This document shows, piece after piece, positions 51,341 to 59,882 of a DNA stretch of 64,000 nucleotides (position 1 is the first letter of the stretch; each line of letters opens with the position of its first letter). The translations under genes and the position numbers were made by a program. The notes under the pieces are model-generated. The model saw nothing but the letters and a program-made list of their open reading frames with translations. It was not told the origin of the DNA and made no database searches. The stretch is from Chloroflexia bacterium (GTDB lineage: Bacteria > Chloroflexota > Chloroflexia > DTKN01): the NCBI GenBank assembly GCA_036172265.1, contig JASFBA010000084.1, positions 18,169-82,168 of the forward strand, given 5' to 3'.

Positions 51341-53704
51341 GTGAGCAATCGTATGAAGATATGGGCCCTGTTCCTGCCATACACCCTGTTGGCTTGCTTT
51401 TTCGCGCAAGTCATCCTGGCTGGGCCGCACCTTTCCCTCACCGCCGACGAGCCTGTCCATATGGCCCAAGGCTATGTCTACTGGACGCGATGGGACTTCC
51501 GCTTCGCCTGGGCCATCGCCCAACCGCCCCTGCCCGATGCGCTGGCAGGCATTGGCCTGCTCCTTCAGCCTGGCCCGAATGTGGAGGAACTGGAAGGATG
51601 GGTGGACGGAGACCATTCCCACTTCGTCTCCGCCTTCCTTAACTGGTATGGGCCCGGTGCGGCCCTGGAAGCGGCCACTTTCGTTTCCCGCTTCCCGATC
51701 ACCCTGGTGGCGCTGATCGGCGCGGCTTTCGTCTACCGCTGGGCCCGGGAGCGGTTCGGACGGCAATGGGGATGGCTGGTCCTTTTTCTCTTTACCTTTG
51801 ACCCCAACTTCCTGGCCCACTCCGGCCTGGCGACCACTGATATTCTCCTGGCTGTCTGGGGATTCGTCGGCGTTTATGCCGCAACCCGATGGGCCGCCAC
51901 CCATTCCCGGAAATGGGGGCTTCTGAGCGGCGTCGCTCTGGGGCTGGCGCTGGGGTCCAAAACCTCCGGCTTTTTCCCCCTGGGGATTGTCGGCCTGATA
52001 GGGTTCACCTGGGCCCTGGAGGAGTTCCGCCGCCAGAGGAGAATCGGGGTATGGCTCCGGTGGGCCGGACGGCTGGCCGGCCTGCTGGGGCTTGCGGCCC
52101 TGATCCTCTGGGCCCTGTACGGTTTTGAACTCCGACCTCATCCATTCGCCACCCACCTGTTGCTGTGGCGGATGCTGCGGAGGCACATGGCCGAAGGACA
52201 TGCCGCCTTCCTGATGGGTCAGGTCGCGCATCACGGCTGGTGGTACTACTATCCGGTGGCCTTTCTCCTGAAAACCCCACTCCCCACGCTGGTTCTGTTG
52301 GCAGCGGCTCTGGCTCCACCGGGCTATGCTCTCCGGCGCTGGTGGCAGGATCGGGACCTCTGGCTGTATCCCCTGCTCTATGGGTTCGCAACATTGTTCA
52401 GCACCATCGCGATCGGCTACCGTTACCTGCTGCCAGCCTTGCCTTTTCTGTTTGTTCTCGCGGGCCGCGTCCTGCGGAGTACGGAGTACGGATTACGGAA
52501 TGCGTACCCCGTATTGCGTATTCCGTTATTGGTTTGGCTGGTTGCTGGCACCTTAAGGGTTGCTCCGAACTATCTGACCTTCTTCAACGAACTGGCTGGT
52601 GGGCCTTACCAGGGGCACCGGTATCTGGTGGATTCCAATCTGGATTGGGGGCAGTCCTTGAAGGCACTGAGGGAATGGCTGCGTAGCCAGGAGGATGTGG
52701 GTGTACCTTTTATCAGTTTCTACACGTATGCCAGCCCGGGCCTGTACCATATCCTTTATCATCCAATTCCGCCGGCCCCTTACACTCCCTTGACCCTTCC
52801 CGCCCGCTTTGACCCGGCGCCGGGCCTCTACGTGATCGGTGCGACAACCCTTCAGGGAGTTATGCTGAGCGACCCGGATGCCTACGACTGGTTCCGCCAC
52901 CGCGAGCCGATTGCCCGCCCAGGAATTGCTCTCTTTGTTTATCGGGTGTCTCCCCACGACTCTCCACCTACCTGGCTGGCCCAATGCACGGTGCCCGTCG
53001 CACCGCTGACCCTGGAGGCTGCTGTAGAGGGGTTCGGCCGCGATGACCTGCGGCTGGCCTACTTTGACTGCACCTCTGGCTGGCTCTACCCGACTGGCGG
53101 CGAGGACCCTGGCTGGTTCGCGCTGTTCCGCCAGACCGCTCTTTCCGATGACCCGTTTATCCGTCGGCAACTCTCCTCGGCGCGCCTCTCGTTTGAACAA
53201 CGACGACCCGGCACTCTGCCTCCCTTTGTCATCTATGAAGCGCCGGTCGGAAAGATAGGCCCGTGCTTCACCCCCGAATCCTCCGTCCAGGTGGGCACTC
53301 TGGTTTTCCTGGGAGAAGATTCTCCCGGTCCTCTTCCCGTTCGGCCAGGCACAACAGTGGAGATAGAGACCTGGTGGCGAGTGAAGGCAGTCCCCGCCCG
53401 CCCACTCTCCATTATGATGCACCTGGTCGGCCCGGAGGACCAGCCGGTCATCGTCAGCGATGGGCTGGCGGTGCCGGTGGACCAGTGGCGGCCCGGCGAC
53501 ATCATCGTCCAACGCCACCGGCTCTCCATCCCGGCGGATGCTCCCTCCGGCGAGTATCAGCCCTTCACTGGCGTTTACTGGCTGGATACAATGGAGCGGT
53601 GGTCGGTAGAGGTAGACGGGAAGCCGGCAGGGGATCGGGTCCCCCTGCCGGCCGTTCCAGTCTCCGGTGAACGCCACGGGACGGCTACGGGGTCGGCACC
53701 GTGA
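51341..53704 (+). CDS. PMT/ArnT-like (GT39-type) membrane glycosyltransferase paralog C
   Basis: LTADEPVHMAQGY loop, multi-TM core, C-terminal domain ending WLDTMERW. Start at GTG 51341 or ATG 51353. Confidence 0.65.
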   Translation: MSNRMKIWALFLPYTLLACFFAQVILAGPHLSLTADEPVHMAQGYVYWTRWDFRFAWAIAQPPLPDALAGIGLLLQPGPNVEELEGWVDGDHSHFVSAFLNWYGPGAALEAATFVSRFPITLVALIGAAFVYRWARERFGRQWGWLVLFLFTFDPNFLAHSGLATTDILLAVWGFVGVYAATRWAATHSRKWGLLSGVALGLALGSKTSGFFPLGIVGLIGFTWALEEFRRQRRIGVWLRWAGRLAGLLGLAALILWALYGFELRPHPFATHLLLWRMLRRHMAEGHAAFLMGQVAHHGWWYYYPVAFLLKTPLPTLVLLAAALAPPGYALRRWWQDRDLWLYPLLYGFATLFSTIAIGYRYLLPALPFLFVLAGRVLRSTEYGLRNAYPVLRIPLLVWLVAGTLRVAPNYLTFFNELAGGPYQGHRYLVDSNLDWGQSLKALREWLRSQEDVGVPFISFYTYASPGLYHILYHPIPPAPYTPLTLPARFDPAPGLYVIGATTLQGVMLSDPDAYDWFRHREPIARPGIALFVYRVSPHDSPPTWLAQCTVPVAPLTLEAAVEGFGRDDLRLAYFDCTSGWLYPTGGEDPGWFALFRQTALSDDPFIRRQLSSARLSFEQRRPGTLPPFVIYEAPVGKIGPCFTPESSVQVGTLVFLGEDSPGPLPVRPGTTVEIETWWRVKAVPARPLSIMMHLVGPEDQPVIVSDGLAVPVDQWRPGDIIVQRHRLSIPADAPSGEYQPFTGVYWLDTMERWSVEVDGKPAGDRVPLPAVPVSGERHGTATGSAP

Positions 53705-54803
53705 ACTGCCGAGCCTCCGACCGCCAGGTGACGCATTGACTGCCGGAGAGGCCCCGGGAGACGGCGATGAACTCGTACGTGCCACCCGGAACCAGCCCGG
53801 TCAGGACGGCCTGATGGCTGGTGGTGGGCGTCTTATTCAGCGGAGTGTACTGCCATCCGATCTGCCGCAGGACGATGGGGAGATAGACTTTATAGGGGTA
53901 CTCCGGCGGAGTGGGCCCGACGGGACCGGAGACCAGGCGATAGTATACCTGCCCCAGCGCCGCACCGGTTGTTGTCCAAGTCACCGTGGTTGTTGCTCCG
54001 GCGGTGATGACGGTCAGGTTGCTGATGCCGGATGGGGTGGGCAAATTGTTCGGGTCATGGATCATCGGCGGTGTGGCATCCCAGAAAGAGGCACTGTCCC
54101 AGAGGATGCGATGGGAACGGCCGCCGCTGGCATCGGCGTAGGTGAAAACCGTGATTTTGGTGCTCAAGGCCTCTGCCGTCACCGTCAACGGGCCATAGGC
54201 CCATTGGTATTTCTGGACAGGCCCCCAGATTGTAGAGGCAGGGAAGGAGACGTGGACCGCCGGGTCGGTGTACGAATTGGGATGCCAGCCCACCCGGTCA
54301 ATCCCGACCTGCAGCGCATAGAGCACATCGCCGCTTCCTTCCGGTCGGGACTGGGCATATATCTGGAAGCCGTAGACCAGACAGGGCGTAGCGTTGTAGA
54401 TGGGCTGGTAGATGCCGGCCAGGAATTTGCCTTCGCCGTAGGTGCGCATCTGCACGGCCTCCACGTTCAGCACATAGGTCCCCTCCGGGTCTGGTTCCAC
54501 GATGTCTGTCCCGTCCAGGAACCATAACCGCCAGTCCTGCCGGATGCTATCCGGGATATTATTGTTGACATTATTATCATCGTCCGGAAGCCAGGCACCT
54601 GAAGGGTATGTGCTCTGATACCGGAGGTGAAACTCGTACCAGTCGTGGTTATCAAATCCGGGGTTGTGGAGCGAGGCCGTCCCTGCAGCGATGACATTTG
54701 CCGGTGGAGTGGGGGTGTCCGCCTGGGAGATCCCGGAAACCAGAAGCATCGCCATAGCGGCCAGGATGGCTGGCCCGGCGAAAATGAGGAAATGTTTTCT
54801 CAT
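53685..54803 (-). CDS. secreted protein with CBM-like and FN3-like domains (paralog of 50158..51300)
   Basis: Signal peptide, SD TAGGAGG, KVYLPIVLR motif before a C-terminal FN3-like domain. Confidence 0.6.
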   Translation of the reverse strand: MRKHFLIFAGPAILAAMAMLLVSGISQADTPTPPANVIAAGTASLHNPGFDNHDWYEFHLRYQSTYPSGAWLPDDDNNVNNNIPDSIRQDWRLWFLDGTDIVEPDPEGTYVLNVEAVQMRTYGEGKFLAGIYQPIYNATPCLVYGFQIYAQSRPEGSGDVLYALQVGIDRVGWHPNSYTDPAVHVSFPASTIWGPVQKYQWAYGPLTVTAEALSTKITVFTYADASGGRSHRILWDSASFWDATPPMIHDPNNLPTPSGISNLTVITAGATTTVTWTTTGAALGQVYYRLVSGPVGPTPPEYPYKVYLPIVLRQIGWQYTPLNKTPTTSHQAVLTGLVPGGTYEFIAVSRGLSGSQCVTWRSEARQFTVPTP

Positions 54804-54927
54804 CGTTGACCTCCTATAGTGAGTGGGCTATCCCTTCCCTGGAACCGAGCAGGTCCCGAATATAAGATAAGTGTACCAGAAATCATAGGGGCGTCAAGAT
54901 TGACGCGGACGCGTTGGAGAACACTGG

Positions 54928-57216
54928 ATGCGAAACCATAACGTTTTGCTTCTGTTTCCCCTTATCGCGGTGGTTCTTTTCGCTCAATTAATGCTTCACT
55001 CCTGCCACGCCTCCCTCACCTTTGACGAAGGCCCCCACATCGCGGCGGGATATGCTTACCTCCGCACCGGCGACCTGCGGCTACAACCGGTCCACATCCA
55101 TCCGCCGCTGGCCAATATCCTGGCCGCCGCGCCGCTCCTGCTTCAGCCCGATCTCCCCGACCCCCGCCGGATTGACGGCTGGGAGATCGCCAGCCTCTCC
55201 GCTGTCACCGACGGGGTGGTCTGGCAGTACCCCTATCCGGCCCGGATGGCACTGGTAACCCGATTCCCCATCATCGGGATGACCCTCCTGCTGGCCGCCG
55301 TCGTCGGCCGCTGGGCCACTGACCTCTGGGGGCCGCGCGGTGGCCTGCTGGCCCTTTCCCTGCTGGCCTTTGACCCCCATATCATTGCTCACGGCTCGCT
55401 GGTGACTACCGATATGGCGGTGACCCTCTGGGGGACGGCCGCGCTCTTCCTGGCTTCCCGCGCTCTCCGCCACCCCCGTGCCGGGTCCGCAGCGGGCGCC
55501 GGCATCGCCCTGGGGCTGGCCCTGGCCTCCAAAGTCTCTGCCCTTTCCCTTGTCCCGGCCCTGCTGGTTCTGGCCCTGCTGGCCCCCGTCCGCCTCCGCC
55601 ATCGGCTGACTGCCATCCCGGGCGGGCTGGCCCTGGCTGCGCTGGCCCTCTGGGCCGTCTACAGGTTTGAGGTTCGCCCTGTCGCTGGCTTCCCGCTCCC
55701 CCTGCCCGCCGCCACTCACCTGGAGATTTACCGTTCCCTCCAGGAGCACTACCGCCAGGGCCACCCGGCCTTCCTGATGGGCCGGAATAGCCAGCACGGT
55801 TGGTGGTACTATTTCCCCGTCGCCTTTGCCCTGAAGACCCCGCTACCTACCCTCTTGCTGGCGCTGGCCGGCCTTATTGGGAGACCCGCCCTAAGGGCTT
55901 GTCTGATGGGCCAAAACGGCACTCCACCTCGTTTCGTGCTTGACTACGAATGGCGCCGCTGGGCGCCTCTCACGGTTTTCCCGCTGATCTACCTGGCCTC
56001 CACTCCCTTCAGCAGCGTCAACATTGGCTACCGCCACCTCCTGCCGGTTCTGCCCTTTCTGTTCATCCTCGCAGGCCGCATCCCACGGAGTACGGAGTGC
56101 GGATTACGGAATGTGTACTCCGTATTGCATATTCCGTTATTGGTTTGGCTGGTTGCTGGCACTTTAAGGGTTGCTCCCAACTATCTGGCCTTCTTCAACG
56201 AACTGGCGGGCGGACCGGCGGGGGGATACCGCTACCTGGTGGACTCCAACCTGGATTGGGGGCAGAACCTCTGGCAACTGCGGGATTGGATGCGGAAAAA
56301 CGGCGTGGGGCGGGTCTTCTACGCCCATTACAGCCCCGCGCGGCCGGAAGTCTATGGGGTTTCTGTGGACTTTTTACCGCCGGACTGGCGCGCCATTCCC
56401 TTCACACCGCTGGACCCGGCCCCCGGGGTCTATGCCATCGGCGCGACAGTCCTGCAGGGTATCTACACGCCGGACGTCAACACGTACGTCTGGTTCCGGG
56501 CCCGCTCGCCCTGGGCCCGGCTGGGGTACGCGCTCTTTCTGTACCGGGTGGAGCCCCGCCCCGCGCCCCGCTGGGCCGTCCTCTGCACCGACGCGGCCAC
56601 CGCGCTCTCGCCCGACGCCCTGCGCACTGGCCTGGGCCGTCCCGACCTCCGGGTGGCCTATGTGGACTGTTCTCAGACGTGGGTATTCCCCGCTCCCGGG
56701 CCGCCCGGCGTCCTGGTCCTGCCGCCGGAGGCCGGGCCCCCGCCCGGCGCGATGCTGGACGTCCCGGCCCGCCGGGCCGACGGCCGTCCCCTATACAACC
56801 TCTACTGGCTGGAGACGGCCCCGGCGTCGGAGCACCCGCTGACGGCTACCCTAGATGGCCCGCTGGATTTTGTGGGGCACTCCGTGTTCCGGACCGGTGG
56901 AACGGTGGAGTTGTGGACGTTCTGGCGGGTCAAAGAGATACCGGCCCGGCCTCTATCGCTGATGGGTCACCTTCTGGGGCCAGATGGGATCCCCGTGGCA
57001 GTGGCGGATGGGATGGGATTCCCGCCGGAATTCTGGCAGCCTGGCGACCTCATCGTCCAGCAGCAGCGGTTCTCCATCCCGGCCGGTGCGCCGTCGGGGG
57101 AGTACACCCTGGCTACCGGCGCCTACTGGCTGGATACGATGGAGCGATGGGAGGTCACTGTTGACGGGAAACCGGCGGGGGACCAGATTTTCTTATCCGC
57201 TATCCTCTGGGAATGA
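54928..57216 (+). CDS. PMT/ArnT-like (GT39-type) membrane glycosyltransferase paralog D
   Basis: LTFDEGPHIAAGY loop. Shares a ~160-bp near-identical tract with paralog C. C-terminus ends WLDTMERW. Confidence 0.65.
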   Translation: MRNHNVLLLFPLIAVVLFAQLMLHSCHASLTFDEGPHIAAGYAYLRTGDLRLQPVHIHPPLANILAAAPLLLQPDLPDPRRIDGWEIASLSAVTDGVVWQYPYPARMALVTRFPIIGMTLLLAAVVGRWATDLWGPRGGLLALSLLAFDPHIIAHGSLVTTDMAVTLWGTAALFLASRALRHPRAGSAAGAGIALGLALASKVSALSLVPALLVLALLAPVRLRHRLTAIPGGLALAALALWAVYRFEVRPVAGFPLPLPAATHLEIYRSLQEHYRQGHPAFLMGRNSQHGWWYYFPVAFALKTPLPTLLLALAGLIGRPALRACLMGQNGTPPRFVLDYEWRRWAPLTVFPLIYLASTPFSSVNIGYRHLLPVLPFLFILAGRIPRSTECGLRNVYSVLHIPLLVWLVAGTLRVAPNYLAFFNELAGGPAGGYRYLVDSNLDWGQNLWQLRDWMRKNGVGRVFYAHYSPARPEVYGVSVDFLPPDWRAIPFTPLDPAPGVYAIGATVLQGIYTPDVNTYVWFRARSPWARLGYALFLYRVEPRPAPRWAVLCTDAATALSPDALRTGLGRPDLRVAYVDCSQTWVFPAPGPPGVLVLPPEAGPPPGAMLDVPARRADGRPLYNLYWLETAPASEHPLTATLDGPLDFVGHSVFRTGGTVELWTFWRVKEIPARPLSLMGHLLGPDGIPVAVADGMGFPPEFWQPGDLIVQQQRFSIPAGAPSGEYTLATGAYWLDTMERWEVTVDGKPAGDQIFLSAILWE

Positions 57217-57232
57217 GAGCAGGGCGGGAACC

Positions 57233-57781
57233 TCACCCGCCCTTCAGGTTCAGCGGAATCCCCGCCACCATCAGGATCACCTGGTCGGCCCGGGCGGCCA
57301 GCCATTGATGGACCCGCCCCAGCGCGTCCCGGTAGACCCGTCCCATCGGGTACGGGGGGACCAATCCCATCCCCACTTCATTGGAGACGACGATGAGAGA
57401 AACCCCTCGCGCGGCGCAGACTTCCAGCACGGCCTCCAATTCGTCCACAACTCGCGCTTCCAGCCGGTCTTCCGTCACCCCATCGCCTTCGTCCATCAGC
57501 AGATTGGAGACCAGCAGGGTCAGGCAATCCATCAGCACGACTTCGCCCCCGGCGACCGCCGCCTCCAGTGCCTGTCCGATATGCATCGGGGCCTCCAGCG
57601 TGCGCCAGTGGGACGGGCGCGCGGCCCGATGGCGGGTAATCCGTTCGGCCATCTCAGCATCCCCTGTGGTCGCCGTCGCGACGTAGAGGACCGGCCGACC
57701 GGATTCCACTGCCAGCCGCTGGGCATATGCGCTTTTCCCGCTTCGGGCACCGCCCAGAATCAGAGTCACCCGGGCTCTCAT
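57233..57781 (-). CDS. cobU: bifunctional adenosylcobinamide kinase / adenosylcobinamide-phosphate guanylyltransferase
   Basis: MRARVTLILGGARSGKSAYAQ P-loop. 182 aa. Confidence 0.85.
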   Translation of the reverse strand: MRARVTLILGGARSGKSAYAQRLAVESGRPVLYVATATTGDAEMAERITRHRAARPSHWRTLEAPMHIGQALEAAVAGGEVVLMDCLTLLVSNLLMDEGDGVTEDRLEARVVDELEAVLEVCAARGVSLIVVSNEVGMGLVPPYPMGRVYRDALGRVHQWLAARADQVILMVAGIPLNLKGG

Positions 57782-58064
57782 TATTCCGTTTCCTCCAGCA
57801 GTCGGTAGAAGGTCCGCCGGATAGACGTAGGAGGTGGAGCCTATACGGAAGGTAACTATTCAGCCCGATGGAGATCGCCCTCTTGGCGCCGATGGGGAAT
57901 CGGCTTCCCCCGCAGACCACAGACCATAGACCACAGACCATAGACGACAGTGGTCGGTGGTCTGTTGTCCGTCGTCCATCCGGAACGGATGGCGCAGGCC
58001 GTCCAGAGGCCGCAGGCCCAGGGAGGCTGACTTTCCGTCAGCGCTGAATAGTTGCTACGGCCGT
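57782..58064 (-). promoter_or_regulatory. structured intergenic region between cobS and cobU (hairpins, heptamer repeats, B12-box-like CCACUG + GGGAAGCC on minus strand)
   Basis: Several perfect 6-7 bp hairpins. On the minus strand CCACUG is followed by four TGGTCTR heptads and then GGGGGAAGCC. Identity as a riboswitch is not established. Confidence 0.2.
57913..57947. repeat. heptanucleotide tandem repeat (CAGACCA/TAGACCA x5)
   Basis: cagacca cagacca tagacca cagacca tagacga read directly from the sequence. Confidence 0.8.
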
Positions 58065-58823
58065 TCATCCTCCCCTCCCGGCCACCAGAGTCAGGAGGAC
58101 GATCACTTCTACGGACTCGCAGAGGGCGCCGTAGACATCGCCGGTGAAGCCGGGGATACGCCGCAGGACCCAGTGGGCGAAGAGGACGGTGAACAGCCAG
58201 GCCAGCGCCAGGGCGATCAGGCCCTCCAGCGGGCGCGCCGGGAGGGGAAGCAGGGCCAGCATCGTGGCCCCCAGCAGGGCCCGCCCGCTAACGAACTCCC
58301 GTACCGTCTTCCCCATGCCGGCCGCCCGGGCGGCGGGGTAGCAGGCCATCGCGTAGACCATTGCCCATCGTCCCAGCAATGGCGCCAGGAGCAGGGCGGT
58401 CCAGGTCCCGGAAGAGAGGCCCGTCGCCAGCGCCGCGAATTTGACCAGCAGCAGTATAACGGCCCCGACTACTCCAAAAGCGCCCACATGAGTATCCCGC
58501 AGAATCTCCAGTCGGACCTCGGGAGAGCGGGCGGCCAGCAGCGCATCGCAGCAGTCCACGAATCCGTCCAGGTGGAGCGCGCCGGTCAGGGCCACCCACA
58601 GGGCCAGCACCAGCGCGGCTCTCAGGACGGGCGGGAACAGGTAGCCCAGCAGCGCGTCGGAGCCGACCAGCAGCAGGCCGATCAGCGCCCCGACCGCCGG
58701 AAACGCCCATGCTGACCGCCCCACCTCTTCCAGCGAAACCTCCCGCGAAGGCAACGGCAGGCGGGTCAGGAAATGCAACGCCACAAGAAGCGAGCGCAAG
58801 ATTACGCTACAGACGTTCCGCAA
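58065..58823 (-). CDS. cobS: adenosylcobinamide-GDP ribazoletransferase (cobalamin synthase)
   Basis: Polytopic membrane protein with the CobS family pattern (LTRLP...DG..D..DAL). Confidence 0.85.
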   Translation of the reverse strand: MRNVCSVILRSLLVALHFLTRLPLPSREVSLEEVGRSAWAFPAVGALIGLLLVGSDALLGYLFPPVLRAALVLALWVALTGALHLDGFVDCCDALLAARSPEVRLEILRDTHVGAFGVVGAVILLLVKFAALATGLSSGTWTALLLAPLLGRWAMVYAMACYPAARAAGMGKTVREFVSGRALLGATMLALLPLPARPLEGLIALALAWLFTVLFAHWVLRRIPGFTGDVYGALCESVEVIVLLTLVAGRGG

Positions 58824-59862
58824 CTCCGGCCTCGGTGAAGGTCGCCATCTCGTTCAGGATTTTACAGGCCGCCTCCACCAGTCCCATCGCCAGGACGGCG
58901 CCCGTGCCTTCGCCCAGCCGCATGTTCAGGTCCAGGAGCGGCACAAGTCCCAGGTGGTTCAGCATCGCTCGGTGGCCTCGTTCCACCGAGTTGTGCCCGG
59001 CGATGCAATAGGCCGTCACAGCGGGAGCGACGGCCGCCGCCACTAACGCCCCGGCGGTACAGATGAACCCGTCCAGTATCACCGGAATGCGGTGGGCCGC
59101 CGCGCCCAGGACGATCCCCGCGATGACCCCGATTTCAAACCCGCCGACCTTCGCCAGCAGGTCCACGCCATCCTTCGGGTCCGGTCGGTTAACCCGCAGC
59201 GCCTGCTCCACCACGGCGATCTTGCGGGCCAGCCCTTCGTCGTCAACGCCCGTGCCTCGGCCGGTCACCTCTGCCGGGGGCAGGCCGGTGACGGCAGCGG
59301 TGATGGCTGCCGCTGGGGTCGTGTTGGCGATCCCCATATCCCCCGGCGCGACGATGTCCAGTCCCTGGGCCAATTCCTCCTCCACCAGCGCGATGCCGGT
59401 CTCCAGTGCCCGGATGGCCTGCTCGCGGGTCATCACCGGGCCCCGGGCAATGTTCTGGGTCCCGTAGCCAATTTTACGGATTTTCAGCGCAGGGTGGGGC
59501 TCCAAGTCGGCGGCGACGCCTGCGTCCACCACCACGACCCGCGCACCGACGTGGCGGGCCAGGACGTTGATGGCCGCGCCGCCCCGCAGGAAATTGTAGA
59601 CCATTTGGGCGGTGACCTCCTGGGGGTACGCGCTCACGCCCTCCGCCGCCACACCATGGTCTCCTGCCACGACGATGACCGCCTTGTGGCGGATGACGGG
59701 CCGGGGATTGCCGGTGATCCCGGCAATCTGGACCGAGAGGTCCTCCAGCCGCCCCAGGCTTCCCTGGGGCTTGGTCAATCGGTCCTGGCGGGCCCTCGCG
59801 GCCTCCATCGCGGCTGCCGCTAGCGGCCCAATACGAGCGACAGCCTCTGGCAAAGATATCAT
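58807..59862 (-). CDS. cobT: nicotinate-nucleotide--dimethylbenzimidazole phosphoribosyltransferase
   Basis: MISLPEAVARIGPL...TKPQGSLGRLE...GDMGIANTT are CobT motifs. Confidence 0.85.
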   Translation of the reverse strand: MISLPEAVARIGPLAAAAMEAARARQDRLTKPQGSLGRLEDLSVQIAGITGNPRPVIRHKAVIVVAGDHGVAAEGVSAYPQEVTAQMVYNFLRGGAAINVLARHVGARVVVVDAGVAADLEPHPALKIRKIGYGTQNIARGPVMTREQAIRALETGIALVEEELAQGLDIVAPGDMGIANTTPAAAITAAVTGLPPAEVTGRGTGVDDEGLARKIAVVEQALRVNRPDPKDGVDLLAKVGGFEIGVIAGIVLGAAAHRIPVILDGFICTAGALVAAAVAPAVTAYCIAGHNSVERGHRAMLNHLGLVPLLDLNMRLGEGTGAVLAMGLVEAACKILNEMATFTEAGVAERL

Positions 59863-59882
59863 ATCAACCTCCTAAGGTAGGT

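Noticed and set aside
57913-57947. Tandem heptamer repeats and the palindromic REP-like copies considered as a CRISPR array
   Set aside because: Units are 7 bp with no spacers. The REP copies are dispersed tens of kb apart, with no adjacent cas genes.
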